Shown: positions 57,070-64,000 of the stretch, piece by piece
How the letters are laid out: each line of letters opens with the position of its first letter
How positions within the stretch are numbered: the stretch's first letter is position 1
DNA from: the human T2T-CHM13v2.0 reference genome, Homo sapiens
Assembly: GCF_009914755.1 (NCBI RefSeq)
Contig: NC_060931.1
DNA length: 64,000 nt
Strand: one strand, 5' to 3'
Translations under genes and position numbers: made by a program
The notes under the pieces: generated by a model
Told to the model about the DNA's origin: nothing
What the model saw: only the letters and a program-made list of their open reading frames with translations
Databases searched by the model: none

Positions 57070-57368
57070 TTCTTTTTTTTTTTTTTGAGACAGAGTCTCG
57101 CTCTTGTCGTCCAGGCTGGAGTGCAGTGGCAAGATCTCGGCTCACTGCAACTTCTGCCTCCTGGCCAAGCTATTCTCCTGCCTCAGCCTTCTGAGGAACT
57201 GGGATTACCGGCGACCGCCACCACACCCGGCTAATTTTTGTACTTTTAGTAGAGACAGGGTTTCACCATGTTGGCCAGGCTGGTCTCGAACTCCTGACCT
57301 CCAGTGATCTGCCCGCCTCGGCCTCCCAAAGTGCTAGGATTACAGGCGTGAGCCACCGTGCCTGGGCT
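57070..57368 (-). mobile_element. Alu (AluS)
   Basis: Reverse dimer, TSD TGGAAATATTTTCT. Confidence 0.95.
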
Positions 57369-58191
57369 GGAAATATTTTCTTATATAAACTATTTTGATC
57401 TAACACATATTGGAAATCTAGCTTTAGAATTCTAGTATTCGTGTCAAGCAACATTCTCTATGCCTGGTCTCTGTGCAATTATTTCTCCTACTGTCTCTTC
57501 AAAGAAGCTGATCAAATGAACAGTCATCCTATATGATTTTCAATTCCTACTAAATACAACACTCACCGATGAACCCAGTTCATTGAGAATTCCATAGCAT
57601 GTGAAACACTAGTTTGTGCTATTGCACTGTAGAATAATTTGAACTCCTCAGCTGGGAGAACGGTAGGAACATTTTTTAAAAAACAGCTCAAAATGAAGTA
57701 GATTCAGCTTCATAGGAAGTGGGGTTGCTCACTCAGTAATAAAAGAGGTAACTGTAGGGGAAAAGGTTTAGACTTTGAAACCAGGCAAACCAGAGTTCAA
57801 ATCCCCTTTCACCATTTATTGGCTGTGTGTTAAAATTAACCTCCTAAACCTCAGGGTCTTCCTTGAGGAAGAATACTTACCTAGCTCCTGAATAGGAATG
57901 TAAAGCTGATAGCAATACCACAAACTTCCTGCCTACCCCAAAGACTGAGTAATTACTAACACACATCCTTCTAACAATTCCCTTACCTGAAGATAAGGCA
58001 GGAAGCTTTGAAGTACAGACTTTATCAGCAGGGATTACTTCCCCTGCAGGCGATGTATACATAAAATCTATTTGGAGTGAGAATTGCAAATTGTGTCACT
58101 AAAATCCTGTTTGAAACATTTTGAATCTTGGAAATATCAAGGCTATGCAAAGCACAGTGGCTGGCGCCAAGATGGTGAGGTGAGTTGTTCA

Positions 58192-58672
<481 letters not shown>

Positions 58673-59283
58673 CTACCTTTTTTAAGGATTCTCAGATCAT
58701 TTGCAGAGGGTCAGGTTGGGGATTCGGGCCATGGGATCACTTCTAATTCAGGTCTGTTTCTCAACATCTCCCAAGGCTATTTCCGGCCTGGAAAGGCACC
58801 TCTTTCCTACCCCGCTCCCTCCACATATTCACTAATTTTCAAATGTTTCAATGTTTTCAAATGTTTTACATGACAACCTCCTCCCCAGATAAAAGCTTGC
58901 TGAAATAATATTTACACTTACTTATACACTCTGATGGTTTCTCCTCTATTCCATTTGATTCCATTTCATTACAAAGCATGCTGGTTGTAACCAGCTGAAT
59001 TTTTTACTCCTTAGAGGGTGTCGGTCCATTGTTTGCAAAGCCCTAGCCTTAAATGAGTTATACTCAGTTATATGAGAGCTTTAGAAGACTCCAACAATAG
59101 AGAGCAGCCCTGGATTCACTCTCCCTACCCACGCTGGCCCCATCCTGCCCCATACCATGTATTCAGACTGTACCTGGACCACAAACTGGGCCTGACTTTG
59201 AGTAGACATTTGAGAGCTTTCTACAGTTTTGGGAGTCCCAGAAGGTTCCAGACTGAACTTCCAGCTCCCTTCTCAGAGTATAG

Positions 59284-63650
<4,367 letters not shown>

Positions 63651-63653
63651 GAC

Positions 63654-64000
63654 TTTTTTTTTCTCAGCCAGCTGTGCTTTATTGACAACGCGCCACTCGG
63701 GCCTTGACTGCGTACTTCCGCAGGAGGCACAGCCTCTCCTTCCGCTGCCGCTTCTTGGTCTTCAGGTTCTCCTTGTGCTTGTTGAACCGGCAGCACATGG
63801 CGCGTGTCTTCTTAGGCCACAGGTCCAGGGGCTTGTACTTCTTGCCCTTGTAGAATTTCCTGAGTTTCTCTTTCTGAGTCTGGTTAATAACCGTGAGAAC
63901 ACGTCCAATTTGCGGACGACTCAAATCTTAGAGAGCTTGGAGGCCGCGCCGCCTGTCACTTTGGCGACGTGCAGCTGGGACAGCTCCACCTTCAGGTCAT
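63654..64000 (-). pseudogene. RPL35P4: processed pseudogene of ribosomal protein L35 (5' end runs off the window)
   Basis: Minus strand translates as [25 protein letters not shown]...[41 protein letters not shown]. Intronless, premature TGA (63921-63923), frameshift, AATAAA (63678-63683) and A9 tail (63654-63662). The P4 number is from recall of the locus. Confidence 0.9.

Noticed and set aside
63679-63924. 81-aa RPL35-like ORF as a functional gene
   Set aside because: Fragment of a processed pseudogene with an upstream stop and frameshift.

Overview
Primate (almost certainly human) genomic DNA from the 5' flank of the HOXA cluster, identified by gene content. The only intact protein-coding gene is EVX1 (+ strand, 3 coding exons: 37017-37443, 39034-39290, 39872-40411; 407 aa, even-skipped homeodomain split by a phase-0 intron). 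The first ~1.25 kb looks like the spliced, polyadenylated 3' end of the lncRNA HOTTIP, assigned from position plus splice and polyA signals. A disabled processed RPL35 pseudogene inside an old L1 runs off the right edge. The rest is regulatory and repeat DNA: about 10 CpG islands, AT-rich homeodomain-motif blocks that look like conserved enhancers, a ~19.5 kb Alu-free zone around EVX1, and Alu/L1/MIR/MLT1/MER repeats. Most notable unexplained structures: (1) a 173-bp, 97.7%-identical inverted duplication flanking a 1.37-kb segment (15696-15868 / 17237-17409); (2) a four-half-site tandem DR2 (RARE-like) array at 50943-50972; (3) an exact BMP-Smad GGCGCC-N5-GTCT element at 30483; (4) CTCF, Cdx/TCF/FOX and HOX13 motif clusters at 4.5-7.2 kb; (5) three independent Alu-in-Alu nests, one of them triple. 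I see no novel protein-coding system. The other long ORFs are GC-rich shadow frames or Alu-derived. Repeat family calls are by-eye recognition, not RepeatMasker output.
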